A DNA stretch of 63,941 nt, counting the filler, from Octopus bimaculoides (Eukaryota): NCBI RefSeq assembly GCF_001194135.2. It is 5 parts of 5 records of this genome, joined end to end, with 100 filler letters (N's around TTAATTAATTAA, not from the genome) between each part and the next. Parts side by side here need not be neighbours in the genome. Positions count along the whole stretch, not along the records: positions 31,534 to 60,164 come from NC_068981.1; positions 60,265 to 62,419 come from NW_026415811.1; positions 62,520 to 63,941 come from NW_026361234.1; 2 more parts are not named here. The stretch is one strand, 5' to 3'. The notes beneath the pieces were generated by a model, which had not been told where the DNA came from, made no database searches, and saw only the letters and a list, made by a program, of their open reading frames with translations. A program made the position numbers and the translations under genes. Positions 51,566 through 63,941 of the stretch are shown here, one piece after another (position 1 is the stretch's first letter; the number at the start of each line of letters is the position of its first letter).

Positions 51566-52609
51566 AATAAAAACTGATGTTGCAGTTGTTGTTTAGTTCC
51601 AAATCAACCCTCCTCAGAAGCTACTCGTCTATTGACAAAGTCCCCCCCCCCNNNNNNNNNNNNNNNNNNNNNNNNNNNNNNNNNNNNNNNNNNNNNNNNN
51701 NNNNNNNNNNNNNNNNNNNNNNNNNNNNNNNNNNNNNNNNNNNNNNNNNNNNNNNNNNNNNNNNNNNNNNNNNNNNNNNNNNNNNNNNNNNNNNNNNNNN
51801 NNNNNNNNNNNNNNNNNNNNNNNNNNNNNNNNNNNNNNNNNNNNNNNNNNNNNNNNNNNNNNNNNNNNNNNNNNNNNNNNNNNNNNNNNNNNNNNNNNNN
51901 NNNNNNNNNNNNNNNNNNNNNNNNNNNNNNNNNNNNNNNNNNNNNNNNNNNNNNNNNNNNNNNNNNNNNNNNNNNNNNNNNNNNNNNNNNNNNNNNNNNN
52001 NNNNNNNNNNNNNNNNNNNNNNNNNNNNNNNNNNNNNNNNNNNNNNNNNNNNNNNNNNNNNNNNNNNNNNNNNNNNNNNNNNNNNNNNNNNNNNNNNNNN
52101 NNNNNNNNNNNNNNNNNNNNNNNNNNNNNNNNNNNNNNNNNNNNNNNNNNNNNNNNNNNNNNNNNNNNNNNNNNNNNNNNNNNNNNNNNNNNNNNNNNNN
52201 NNNNNNNNNNNNNNNNNNNNNNNNNNNNNNNNNNNNNNNNNNNNNNNNNNNNNNNNNNNNNNNNNNNNNNNNNNNNNNNNNNNNNNNNNNNNNNNNNNNN
52301 NNNNNNNNNNNNNNNNNNNNNNNNNNNNNNNNNNNNNNNNNNNNNNNNNNNNNNNNNNNNNNNNNNNNNNNNNNNNNNNNNNNNNNNNNNNNNNNNNNNN
52401 NNNNNNNNNNNNNNNNNNNNNNNNNNNNNNNNNNNNNNNNNNNNNNNNNNNNNNNNNNNNNNNNNNNNNNNNNNNNNNNNNNNNNNNNNNNNNNNNNNNN
52501 NNNNNNNNNNNNNNNNNNNNNNNNNNNNNNNNNNNNNNNNNNNNNNNNNNNNNNNNNNNNNNNNNNNNNACACACACACACGCACACATACAAAACTTAG
52601 TGGCGGAAT

Positions 52610-53480
52610 GGGACATCCTGTCATAATCTCTAGCTCCAGTGCCTGCCATTTGTTAGTGAATTTCTTCATGGCAAATCGTATGAATGTTGAGCCTGGGTAC
52701 TGCGTTTTCTCACGCATCCGGGAACGCAAAACATTTTGCGTGTCAGCCCGTTTGTAATTGTCTAGTGGAACCAGAAATTTGGAGGTCTTTTCTTGTCACC
52801 TTAGCATGTTGAACAGAGCTCTATATTACCTGGGCGCGGTCAAAGCAGCGTGGAATTCCTGAGACAACGGCTTTCTGAACTGATGCGTGTATGAGACCGT
52901 TCATTGCTACAAACCTTGACACCCTTCTAGTAAGCACCACTGCATTAAACTCACTAAAAGAGGCAAGAACATTGTTTTAAAGCTTGTATAAAGTACCGTT
53001 GTTATCTAGGACACTTCTAGATCTTGCCTTCTTCACAAACATATCTTCTTCCATTATGCTATGTGACTCGAAAGGTCGGATTGGATATAAAGCTCATAAG
53101 AAGTAACTGACTATTATTTGGGTGCACAGGGATATCTTGATAGGAGTCTGAAGTCAGATTGTGTAAAGGATTCTTTATGTTCTGTGCCTGACCTTTTTTT
53201 TGGTCAAGAATGTTTTCATGAATTGGATGGGTTACTTAAGATTTTCGTTTTTCGCTCATTTACTATGGGCAATCTCCGTTCTTGATATTCACAAAAATCT
53301 CCCTCTTTTTTTTTTACCTCAACCTTGCTTTACATCGACTCTGCACTGAGACAGTGGCAGTTGGCTGAAGTTATCCTCCTAAAGGAGTCCAAATTTCATA
53401 ACACCAAATCCACGAGAAGTTTTATGGCCTGCATCTGAAAAACATAGCCTACATCATGTAGAAAAAATAACCCACGTCAG
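52610..53480 (-). mobile_element. R2/NeSL/HERO-type reverse transcriptase remnant
   Basis: Minus: VLTRRVSRFVAMNGLIHASVQKAVVSGIPRCFDRAQVI.SSVQHAK..KDL; WQALELEIMTGCPI. Confidence 0.72.
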
Positions 53481-53811
53481 TCAAGTGGGTGGCATTTACT
53501 TCCTTTTCAACTATAGCAACACTGCCGTCAGAAATCCAGAAGATGCCATCGTATGTTTTTGCCACCTTGCAATTTGGGGCAACGCATAGTCTGCAAGATC
53601 TGTATCACNNNNNNNNNNNNNNNNNNNNNNNNNNNNNNNNNNNNNNNNNNNNNNNNNNNNNNNNNNNNNNNNNNNNNNNNNNNNNNNNNNNNNNNNNNNN
53701 NNNNNNNNNNNNNNNNNNNNNNNNNNNNNNNNNNNNNNNNNNNNNNNNNNNNNNNNNNNNNNNNNNNNNNNNNNNNNNNNNNNNNNNNNNNNNNNNNNNN
53801 NNNNNNNNNNN

Positions 53812-53879
<68 letters not shown>

Positions 53880-54719
53880 ATGATTCGAGTCATGTTTATA
53901 CTCTTGAAAGCCGACATCTGCAAGTCACATTTAACATTTTATTCATTCCCGGTCAGTTGTTGTACCAAAAATAGCCCAAACTAACAAACTACGAAAACGT
54001 TTTCTTTTTAATAGTCCCAGTGACTGTCCTGCCTTCGTTTCGCCACTAAAACAACTACCCACACACAAATACATACATAAGAGTGCATAACATAATTATT
54101 GAGCTTATATAATGCCGCGGTAAGCTGAAATAAAGTTACAGAATTTAAAAATAAAACACTAAAAAGGTTACAATTTTGGAGAGGAAAGCAGTCACAGGAA
54201 AAAGTTCCGTTCCACCTTGCTATTTATATAAACAGCATAAATAATAGTAAAAAATTATTAAATAAATAAATATTTTCAATACACGACTCACACACAATAG
54301 CAACAGAATAATGGCGTTACATATCTGTGGAAAACCCCCCACATTTTTATTATTAAATTAAAACAATGAAATTAAAAAACCCATTGAAGCATTTATTCTT
54401 TGAAGATTTCCTGTGACTTCTTTTTTATTGGTTTTCATGCTGTTGTACAGGATGTGTTGTACAAGATGTGTTGTACAGGATGTGTCAATTCTACTTGAAC
54501 AGGCCTTGAGGGAGCTTCTACGCCTCAAATACTCAACAATAGTTTCTAATTTATATATGTTAATAACTTTTACTTTGATTCGTATAAACACAATACTCTT
54601 GTTTTTCGCTGCACTAAGCACTAGTGTTAGCACTCTTGTTTTTTGTTGTACTAAGCACTCTTGTTAGCACTCATATTTTTTCTTTCGAATGGACTTTAGT
54701 GCGATTTATAAACCCCAAG

Positions 54720-55470
54720 AAGACTTCTCCTCTAACTGGTTAACACTGCACAGCTGCATCCGATATATTGTGAGCAGGGGAATTGAACCCCTACCACATT
54801 CTAGCGACGGGACCAACACACAGTAATTCGAACAACTACCATTACAGCAACTTGCGGGTTCGGTGCGTGTTCAGTTCGCACCAAAACACTGAGTTCGGTG
54901 CGAGTTCAGCGCGGAACTAACACACCGAATCAACGACTCCTACCGACCTCTGTCTCAACCCATACGCTACTCTTTATAAGAGTTCGGCTAGTTCATTCTT
55001 CCAATCCCCCAAGGGTGTCAATGACTCTTGCCACAACATGAACAATTAAACAAAAGATTCAATAGCTACAGATATGACATCAGGCACAATAACAGTAGTT
55101 CGACAGAACTTGCCGAACGTTCTGCATCAAATGACTGCAATTTTGAAAATGGCTTGAAAGTGCATAATCTCAGAAAATATTCTGAATCTGCTAGACTTTC
55201 AGTACTCAAAATGCACGAGGAGAAATATGTTTGCGGATTATTAACATCACGCCCCGGAAGAATGAATAAAATGACAGGAGAATTTCATCATATTTACATA
55301 AAACTGTTTAATTAAATATTCTTCTTCTTTTACTTTTTCTTTTTTTCTTTCCTTCTCTTTTTTCTCTCTTTTTTCTTTCTTTTTCTTTTTGCCAGTTGTA
55401 AACTTGAAAATTGAAGACTGATGATGTCATCCCATTAACATGGGGACGCCGGTTGTTCTCATTCATATTT
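54720..55470 (+). mobile_element. Penelope-like GIY-YIG 3' remnant with downstream hammerhead relic, interrupted by an LTR
   Basis: HCTAASDI | HEQLNKRFNSYRYDIRH..ELAE..KVH..HEEKYVCGLLT..PG.MN; CTGATGA at 55418. Confidence 0.75.
54769..55035. mobile_element. Probable solo LTR (267 bp)
   Basis: TGTGAGCA...TTGCCACA termini, flanks ATAT/ACAT, internal GTTCGGTGCG.GTTCAG repeat, TATAAG. Confidence 0.6.
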
Positions 55471-55601
55471 TGGATTTGAATTTCTATAATTTTGAATTTT
55501 TATTACTTTTCGTTTTGAACTCGACAAAGAAACACTAGCTGTCGAAATATCGTTCAACCAATAAAATAATTATTGCAATCGCACCGCACTCTTCATACTA
55601 A

Positions 55602-55692
<91 letters not shown>

Positions 55693-55719
55693 CGATGATG
55701 ATAATAATAATAATAATAA

Positions 55720-56040
55720 TAACAGGGAGTATGGTGTATTGAGAGCAGAGGAAAAAGGGAAAACAAAGAAAGAAGTACAAAAAGGACATAAAGAAGAATT
55801 ACGCAAGAAGGGACTACACAATCAATTCCATGTAGCCACAACAGAAGTTGCTGGAAAAAATAGGTGCGATTGGCTGATGAAAGGAACCTTAAAAAGAGAG
55901 ACCAAGAGCACTATACTGGCAGCGGAGGATCAAACTTTGGCCACGAACTGAAGGGTCAACCTTAGGAATGAGCAAGTGTCTCCGCTGTGCCGTATCTGTA
56001 ACAGAGTGGATGAAACCGTTACAAAAGATTTGCCTTCTTG
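55720..56040 (+). mobile_element. R4/Dong LINE internal fragment following (TAA)n
   Basis: KGLHNQF..WLMKGTLKRETKSTILAAEDQTLATN..CRICNRVDETV. Confidence 0.85.
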
Positions 56041-56303
56041 GCACGGCCAGAATAATCAGACAAGTATTAGATAACTGAAAAGAATGGAAAGCATGGTACT
56101 ATAGGCTGCAGGTAGTAAACCCGCAACGCATGCAAGACTCCAGGAGCTCCAACAAAGCCTGTGATAAATAGAAAATAGTTCTATATTTAAGAGATGAGGA
56201 ATTATGTACATTATTTACATTATTTACATTTGGCGGATATTTGTCCTCATCTTGTTTGTTGTTAACACAACGTTTCGGCTGATATACCCTCCAGCCTCCA
56301 TCA

Positions 56304-56525
56304 TAATCATCTTTTCTACTATAGACACAAGGTCTAAAATTTGAGGGGAGGGTACTAGTCGATTACAACGACCCCAGTGTTTCAATGGTACTTAATTTAT
56401 CGACCCTGAAAAGATAAAAGGCAAAGTCGACCTCGGCGGAATTTTAAATCGGAACGTAGTGACGGGCGAAATACCGCTAAGCATTTCGTCCAGCGTGCTA
56501 ACGATTCTGTCAGCACGCCGACTTA
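56304..56525 (-). mobile_element. SINE family A abutting a truncated hammerhead-like motif
   Basis: Reverse complement of the consensus; followed by (TAA)n on +. Confidence 0.9.
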
Positions 56526-56549
56526 ATAATAATAATAGTAATAATAATA

Positions 56550-56580
<31 letters not shown>

Positions 56581-57267
56581 TAATAATAATTAATAATAAT
56601 AAGTTTATATTGGACTGAAGTAACTCAACAGAAGTTATATAGATATAGAGAAGAGTTCTTTACTTGTAAAATGGTTGACACAATCCATCACTAAGGTAAA
56701 CATCATGATGATTAAAGTGTATTTTAAAAATATGAAATATAATCGACTAATTAGTACGTACGTCAATACTGAGTCCATACGATGTAGAATTTTCGTGATT
56801 GTACCGCGGATTCATCTCTATGTGCCTGTAAGAAAGGAAATAAAACTATTATATATGTCTTCCAAATTGGTATTGTTGGTATACCTGAACAACATATGCT
56901 CCATACAGTAATGTGAACTAGTGTAAGTTTTTAGGTTGTCTTACTATTTTTGTTTATATTTACTTAATCCAAGTAAGAAAAAATGTACTGGACAGCTAAA
57001 AGAAAGTAAAATTTTAAAAGAACGACTAGAAAAAACATTCCGGTACGCCTGCTGCACAGTAAGATTATCATAAAGTGGGTGCTAATATGCTTGGTGCTGT
57101 GAGCTAAGAAATATTTAATTAAAATTACATACAGACTGATGAAAAAGAAAAAAAAAACGTCCTTTCTTGATAGGGAAGATAAACTCGAAATATAAAATAA
57201 TGAAAATGAATTAAAAATAGAATATAGTGGGAAGTAAGTCTGATCTTAGGCAGTAGGGTAACAAACT

Positions 57268-57305
57268 CTATACACGTTTCGCCGTTATTAAATCTCATCA
57301 GAAAA
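57268..57305 (-). ncRNA. Degenerate hammerhead-like motif
   Basis: CTGATGA-G..C-GAAA-CGTG-TA; intact core, mismatched stems. Confidence 0.4.
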
Positions 57306-58069
57306 TCATAGTCAAATGTTAGAGTGTCTGGAGAAGATATTGGCATTTTTTGTGAATGAAATCTGCGAGGTTAATATCTTCAAAGAATAACTGAACCAAA
57401 AAATACCAACATACTGTAAAAACATTAGATTCATTTCCCACTATATTATATGTTTAATTAATTTACATTAATTCAATTCCTGGAGTTGTGCCCCCTGCTT
57501 TGCTTGACAAGAATAACTTGCTTAGATAACTTGTTCTCATCATTAAGAATATAATTTTAACTAATTAAGATTTCTTGGCCCATTTAATTATATAGTTAAC
57601 GCTTACTTAACTTTCTGCAGAAATTCAGTTTATGTTTAGATGTAAATTTTACCGAGACATGTCAAGAGATGTTTTGCTAACGTCAGCAGAAATATAATTA
57701 ACGTATGTTATGCACACACATGCACATTTACACATACATGCATTCACTTTTAAATATACATGTGTACACAGAACTATATACACGTGTTCATACACACATA
57801 CATACATTCGCGCATACATATATGTGAGTTTATAGCTTTATGGACACAAACTTGAACGCTCACTCACGCACACACGATCATAAAGAAATACAAAAAAAAA
57901 AAATTATACACTCCATCCACATTACTATTCATATATACAGACAGACAAACATCAAATTAAAACCAACACATTCAGTTGGCTATGCGCGATGTCAACGTGC
58001 ATGTGCGTATGGGCGTCTATTTTCAGTATGCATTTGAATATTTATTTAACGGTAGTCTAGGTGTGTTTG

Positions 58070-58117
<48 letters not shown>

Positions 58118-58212
58118 NNNNNNNNNNNNNNNNNNNNNNNNNNNNNNNNNNNNNNNNNNNNNNNNNNNNNNNNNNNNNNNNNNNNNNNNNNNNNNNNNNN
58201 NNNNNNNNNNNN

Positions 58213-58283
<71 letters not shown>

Positions 58284-59607
58284 ACACGCACACACACACA
58301 CAAGTTGCTTTTCAGTTTTTCTTCTTATTCTTAACTAGAAAATATAAAAAGATCATATACATTTACATGCCTACAGGATATATGCGAACATCGCAACACG
58401 TGTTTCAAATTAAAATGACAGGAAATAGGCTAATTAATTATTATAGAATATCTAATGAGCGTTGTCAAAAACGACGGCTCCAGCTATTCTGGCATCATCA
58501 CAACATTGTATCACAAGAATGCATTGAAGATTTTACGAAGAGCACTGGAATTTAAGAAAAAAATCCACCCACCTCATAGTTGGTACAGGTGGCGTAGTGC
58601 AGGTTGTGTATATATTTGTAATATGCTATTGGGAATAAGGTAGTATAAGTTATGTTAATGTTGGTTGATGTCATTGTCGTTAAGTTCCAGGTCAGGGTTG
58701 ACTGATCTATCTGTGACCAAAAGCGTTTCCGCAATGATCATCCCGCATTTTTTGTTCAGACTTGTGTTTTGGATACAACTCCAATATCTTCTTCCCTTTT
58801 AAGTTGAATTGTGTTCTGGGGGCAGATTTGACCGCAATTTCTGGCAAGGTTGTCAACTACCTCCTGTTCGGCAGGAATTGAACTCAGAATCTAAAGAGCT
58901 GAGATTAAATACCGAAAGGAATTTTATCACTGTAGTCGTGGTAGATCTAATATTTTGGCAATGTGGTTGATTTTTTTTCTTCTGCATCAAACGTGTTTAA
59001 GACACCAAGTTTATTATCCAACGTAATCGTTTTAAAACCCCTTTTTGTACAACTACCTTTTGTTCCACTTGACGGCTTCTTTCAGTCATCTTGAATTGTA
59101 AGTAAATCCAACAGCACGGTGATCAACAATTATCTGCCTCAAATATATATAGTTTAAAAAAGAGTGCCTGGAAATAACTGTTTTATGAGAGCAAAAAGTT
59201 AATGTATTATTCATATGGAAGTAAGAATGAGCATAAGAAGATGAAAGGATGAAGGAATTAGGGGGGACAAAGAACCGTATGATTTCAATTAGTTGCAAGT
59301 TAATTTCACAAACAGGCTGTTCCGTTGTTAGGATCAACTGGAATCCTCGTCGTAATCGACGGTGTGCCCGTTATATANNNNNNNNNNNNNNNNNNNNNNN
59401 NNNNNNNNNNNNNNNNNNNNNNNNNNNNNNNNNNNNNNNNNNNNNNNNNNNNNNNNNNNNNNNNNNNNNNNNNNNNNNNNNNNNNNNNNNNNNNNNNNNN
59501 NNNNNNNNNNNNNNNNNNNNNNNNNNNNNNNNNNNNNNNNNNNNNNNNNNNNNNNNNNNNNNNNNNNNNNNNNNNNNNNNNNNNNNNNNNNNNNNNNNNN
59601 NNNAAAG

Positions 59608-59644
59608 TCTTTGACGTTTCGAGCTACGCTCTTCAACAGAAAGA
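59608..59644 (-). ncRNA. Ultra-minimal type I hammerhead-like ribozyme (CUGUUGA core variant)
   Basis: TCTTT-CTGTTGA-A-GAGC/GTA/GCTC-GAAA-CG-TC-AAAGA; perfect stems I and II. Confidence 0.7.
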
Positions 59645-59654
59645 ATACGGAGAC

Positions 59655-59689
<35 letters not shown>

Positions 59690-59910
59690 AGCTGCCTTTG
59701 CGTTTGTGTTTATCCCTCATCACCGCTTTACAACCGGCGTTGTTGTGCTTACGTCCCCGTAACTTAGTGGTTTGCCAAAAGTGACCGATAGAATAAGTAC
59801 TAGGCTTAAAAATATAAGCCCTGGGTCGACTTGTTCGACTAAAGACCCTTCAAGGCGGTGCTCCAGCATGGCTGCAGTCAAATGATTGAAACAAGTAAAA
59901 GAACAAAAGA
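59690..59910 (+). mobile_element. SINE family B, 3' half
   Basis: TTACGTCCCCGTAACTTAG..GATAGAATAAGTAC..GGTGCTCCAGCATGGC.GCAGTCAAATGA.TGAAACAAGTAAAAGA. Confidence 0.9.
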
Positions 59911-60131
59911 TTATATATACAAAGTCTGTCAGAGAAATGTATACACACTCCAGGAAAGGAAAAATCTGTATAAATATTTAAATTCAGTGCTATTGCAATT
60001 TATTCAGTATAACTGCAATTTCATAAAACATCGGAAGAGGTATTTGTATTTATAGAGATTCTTATACAAATTAAATATTTATACAAATTTTTCCTTTCCT
60101 GAAATGTGTATACATTGTTTTGGTGGATTCT

Positions 60132-60164
<33 letters not shown>

Positions 60165-62078
60165 NNNNNNNNNNNNNNNNNNNNNNNNNNNNNNNNNNNN
60201 NNNNNNNNTTAATTAATTAANNNNNNNNNNNNNNNNNNNNNNNNNNNNNNNNNNNNNNNNNNNNACACACACACACACACACACACACATACACACACAC
60301 ACACACACACATTCCCTAACCATATAACAACATGACAGCCTAAACTTGCGATCTTTAGCGAGGCTCGACTTCGTGTATGAATATACCCAATGGGACCCGG
60401 ATTACAAAAAATGGATTCAACACAACATGCTGAATGGAGGCCCACCCGTAAGGGACTGTAGCAGGATGGGTCGAAACGACCGTTGTACAAAGTAAAGACT
60501 AATAACAAATCCGTTTTCTGGTTACTTAAGAAATCATCATCATTTTCATTATCATTATTATTGTTATTATTATGTACATTTGTATATACATGTATATGTG
60601 TGTATATATACGTTTCTTGTGTACTATATATGTGTGTGTGTGTGTAAATATAATATGTGACAATTAATCGGTAGCCATGTATGTATAGAGATATACACGT
60701 TTGTGTGTATGTGTAAGCAAGCAGGCTTGTATATATCTCTCTATATATATGTATGTATATATATCACGTACGTTTATAAATATATTATATATGTACGTAA
60801 ATGTGTATATGTATGTATATATATCACGTACGTTTATAAATATATTATATATNNNNNNNNNNNNNNNNNNNNNNNNNNNNNNNNNNNNNNNNNNNNNNNN
60901 NNNNNNNNNNNNNNNNNNNNNNNNNNNNNNNNNNNNNNNNNNNNNNNNNNNNNNNNNNNNNNNNNNNNNNNNNNNNNNNNNNNNNNNNNNNNNNNNNNNN
61001 NNNNNNNNNNNNNNNNNNNNNNNNNNNNNNNNNNNNNNNNNNNNNNNNNNNNNNNNNNNNNNNNNNNNNNNNNNNNNNNNNNNNNNNNNNNNNNNNNNNN
61101 NNNNNNNNNNNNNNNNNNNNNNNNNNNNNNNNNNNNNNNNNNNNNNNNNNNNNNNNNNNNNNNNNNNNNNNNNNNNNNNNNNNNNNNNNNNNNNNNNNNN
61201 NNNNNNNNNNNNNNNNNNNNNNNNNNNNNNNNNNNNNNNNNNNNNNNNNNNNNNNNNNNNNNNNNNNNNNNNNNNNNNNNNNNNNNNNNNNNNNNNNNNN
61301 NNNNNNNNNNNNNNNNNNNNNNNNNNNNNNNNNNNNNNNNNNNNNNNNNNNNNNNNNNNNNNNNNNNNNNNNNNNNNNNNNNNNNNNNNNNNNNNNNNNN
61401 NNNNNNNNNNNNNNNNNNNNNNNNNNNNNNNNNNNNNNNNNNNNNNNNNNNNNNNNNNNNNNNNNNNNNNNNNNNNNNNNNNNNNNNNNNNNNNNNNNNN
61501 NNNNNNNNNNNNNNNNNNNNNNNNNNNNNNNNNNNNNNNNNNNNNNNNNNNNNNNNNNNNNNNNNNNNNNNNNNNNNNNNNNNNNNNNNNNNNNNNNNNN
61601 NNNNNNNNNNNNNNNNNNNNNNNNNNNNNNNNNNNNNNNNNNNNNNNNNNNNNNNNNNNNNNNNNNNNNNNNNNNNNNNNNNNNNNNNNNNNNNNNNNNN
61701 NNNNNNNNNNNNNNNNNNNNNNNNNNNNNNNNNNNNNNNNNNNNNNNNNNNNNNNNNNNNNNNNNNNNNNNNNNNNNNNNNNNNNNNNNNNNNNNNNNNN
61801 NNNNNNNNNNNNNNNNNNNNNNNNNNNNNNNNTATATATATATAGATAGATATATAATGTGTGTGTGTGTGTATGTATTATGTATATATATTCTTGTACT
61901 TGTTTCAGTCATTTGGCTGCGGCCATGCTGGAGCACCGCCTTTAGTCGAACAAATCGACCCCAGGACATGTGCGTGCGAACATACCTACATACCAACATA
62001 CAACCACATATACACGCAAGCATACCTACATACATGCCTTCACTTCTGTTCTTCCTGATGGTTTCACCAAACCTAATA

Positions 62079-62117
<39 letters not shown>

Positions 62118-62309
62118 TCACCTAGCCTACAAACTCACACACGCGAACATTATTTGTATGTTACGTTATACAGAGGGAGAATTAATTAGCCATGCCGATG
62201 TAATATGCACGTTCACAAGTATACCTGTATGTGCGTCTTTGTATATGTATATATGTGGATATATATATATATATGTATGTATTCATGTGTGTATGTCTGG
62301 ATGTATTTG

Positions 62310-62346
<37 letters not shown>

Positions 62347-62519
62347 GTGTGGATATATTTGTATGTATATATGTATGTATGTATGCATGTACGTACGTAT
62401 ATTTATATATATATATATANNNNNNNNNNNNNNNNNNNNNNNNNNNNNNNNNNNNNNNNNNNNTTAATTAATTAANNNNNNNNNNNNNNNNNNNNNNNNN
62501 NNNNNNNNNNNNNNNNNNN

Positions 62520-63011
62520 GAAGAAGAAGAAGAAGAAGAAGAAGAAGAAGAAAAAGAAAAAGAAGAAAAGAAGAAGAAGAAGAAGATCAAAGGATAGAAG
62601 GGCATGCAGGAAAAGATGAAAAACGTTGCTTAACAAAAAGATGCCAAATGAGAAGAAGAACAAGACGAAAAAGAAGAAGAAGAAGAAGGAAAAGAAGACG
62701 ACGACGACGACGACGAAGAAGAAGAAGAAGAAGAAGAAGAAGAAGAAGAAGAAGAAGAAGAAAAGAAGAAGAAGAAGAAAAATAATAAGAAGAAAATGAA
62801 GAAGAAGAAGAAAAAGAAGAAGAAGAAGAAGGAGGAGGAAGAGATGGAAGGGGAGGAGGAGAAGAAGAAGAAGAAGAAGAAGAAGAAGAAGAAGAAGAAG
62901 AAGAAGAAGAAGAAGAAGAAGAAGAAGGATAGAAGGACATGCAGGAGAAGATGAAAAACGTTGCTTGACAAAAAGATACCTAATGAGAAGAAGAACAAGA
63001 GGAAAAAGAAG

Positions 63012-63073
<62 letters not shown>

Positions 63074-63490
63074 GAAGAAGAACAAGAAGAAGAAGAAGAA
63101 GAAGTAGAAGAAGAAGACGACGAGGTAGAAGAAGAAGAAGAAGAAGAAGAAGAAGAAGAAGAAGAAGAAGAAGAAGAAGAAGAAGAAGAAGAAAAAGAAG
63201 ATAAAGAAGAAGAAAAAGGATGAGAAGAAGTGGTAGAAGATGAAGAAGAACAACAACAAAGACAAGAAGAAAAAAGAAGAAGAAGAAGAAAAAGGAGAAG
63301 AAGAAAAAGAACAAAAAGAAGAAGAAGAGGAAGAAGAAGAGGAAGAAAGAGAAAAAGAAAGAAAAGAGTAAAACGGAGAAGATGGGAATGAAGTAGAAGG
63401 AGACGAAGACGAAGAAGAAAAAGATGGTGATGATGATGGTGATGATGACGACGAAGTGGAAGTAGATTAGAGACAAGGCGTAGAAATAGA

Positions 63491-63536
<46 letters not shown>

Positions 63537-63683
63537 GTAAGAAGAAGAAGAAGAAGAATAAGAAGAAGAAGAAGAAGAAGAAGAAGAACCTGAAAAACAA
63601 ACCCGAAAGAAGAAGTTATGGAAGAAGAAGAAGAAAAGGAATAATAATAATAATAATAATAATGATAATAATAATAATAATAA

Positions 63684-63714
<31 letters not shown>

Positions 63715-63941
63715 AAGAAGAAGAAGAAGAAGAAAAAGAAAAAGAAGAAGAAAAGGTATGAGAAGAAGAAGTAGAAGATGAAGAAGAACAACAACAAAGA
63801 GAAGAAGAAGAAAAAAGAACAAGAAGAAGAAAAAGGAGAAAAAGAAGAAGAAAACGAAGAAAATAATAAGAAGAAAATGAAGAAGAAGAAAAAGATGAAG
63901 AAGAAGAAGAAGGAGGAGGGAAGAGAAGGAAGGGGAGGAGG
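62520..63941. repeat. About 1.4-kb imperfect (GAA)n tract with (TAA)n blocks and duplicated unique islands
   Basis: Direct reading; the long poly-F/L/S/R ORFs are artefacts. Confidence 0.95.

Noticed and set aside
54769-54800. Perfect tRNA T-arm (AGGGG TTCAATT CCCCT) on the minus strand
   Set aside because: No matching acceptor 5' strand, D-arm or anticodon arm at the right distance; part of the LTR end
60424-60490. CTGAATGGA-stem-GAAAC arrangement with a good stem II
   Set aside because: Core has two extra nucleotides and no valid UH triplet is compatible with stem I; left unscored pending a consensus
62472-63797. 441-aa and other long ORFs here and across N gaps or (CA)n/(TA)n tracts
   Set aside because: Homopolymeric translations of microsatellites or X runs

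Overview
This is eukaryotic, AT-rich, repeat-saturated draft-genome DNA. The SINE/LINE families and microsatellite load suggest an octopus (inference). About a quarter of the window is N gaps, four of which contain an artificial TTAATTAATTAA spacer. There are no prokaryotic features: no CRISPR, operons, rRNA or intact tRNA. Most ORF-track entries are microsatellite or gap read-through. Real content is mainly decayed mobile elements: many R4/Dong-clade LINE fragments, plus RTE, Tx1/L1-like, R2/HERO-like and Penelope (GIY-YIG) remnants, a mariner transposase, hAT and mariner MITEs, a probable solo LTR and dozens of SINEs. One credible small host gene lies at about 11.3-13.0 kb (+), encoding an unrecognised ~90-aa protein, with weaker candidate exons downstream. 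Three non-obvious signals stand out: (i) about seven minimal type I hammerhead-ribozyme-like motifs with palindromic stem III, several next to Penelope ends, including a tandem pair, one inside a 320-bp foldback, and a recurrent CUGA->CCGA core variant; (ii) opposite strand polarity of R4/Dong LINEs and SINEs inside (TAA)n microsatellites; (iii) a diverged 49-bp minisatellite with a 98-bp higher-order period. I cannot claim a wholly new system; the ribozyme variants and the small gene are the best leads. All element boundaries are approximate and were read by eye.
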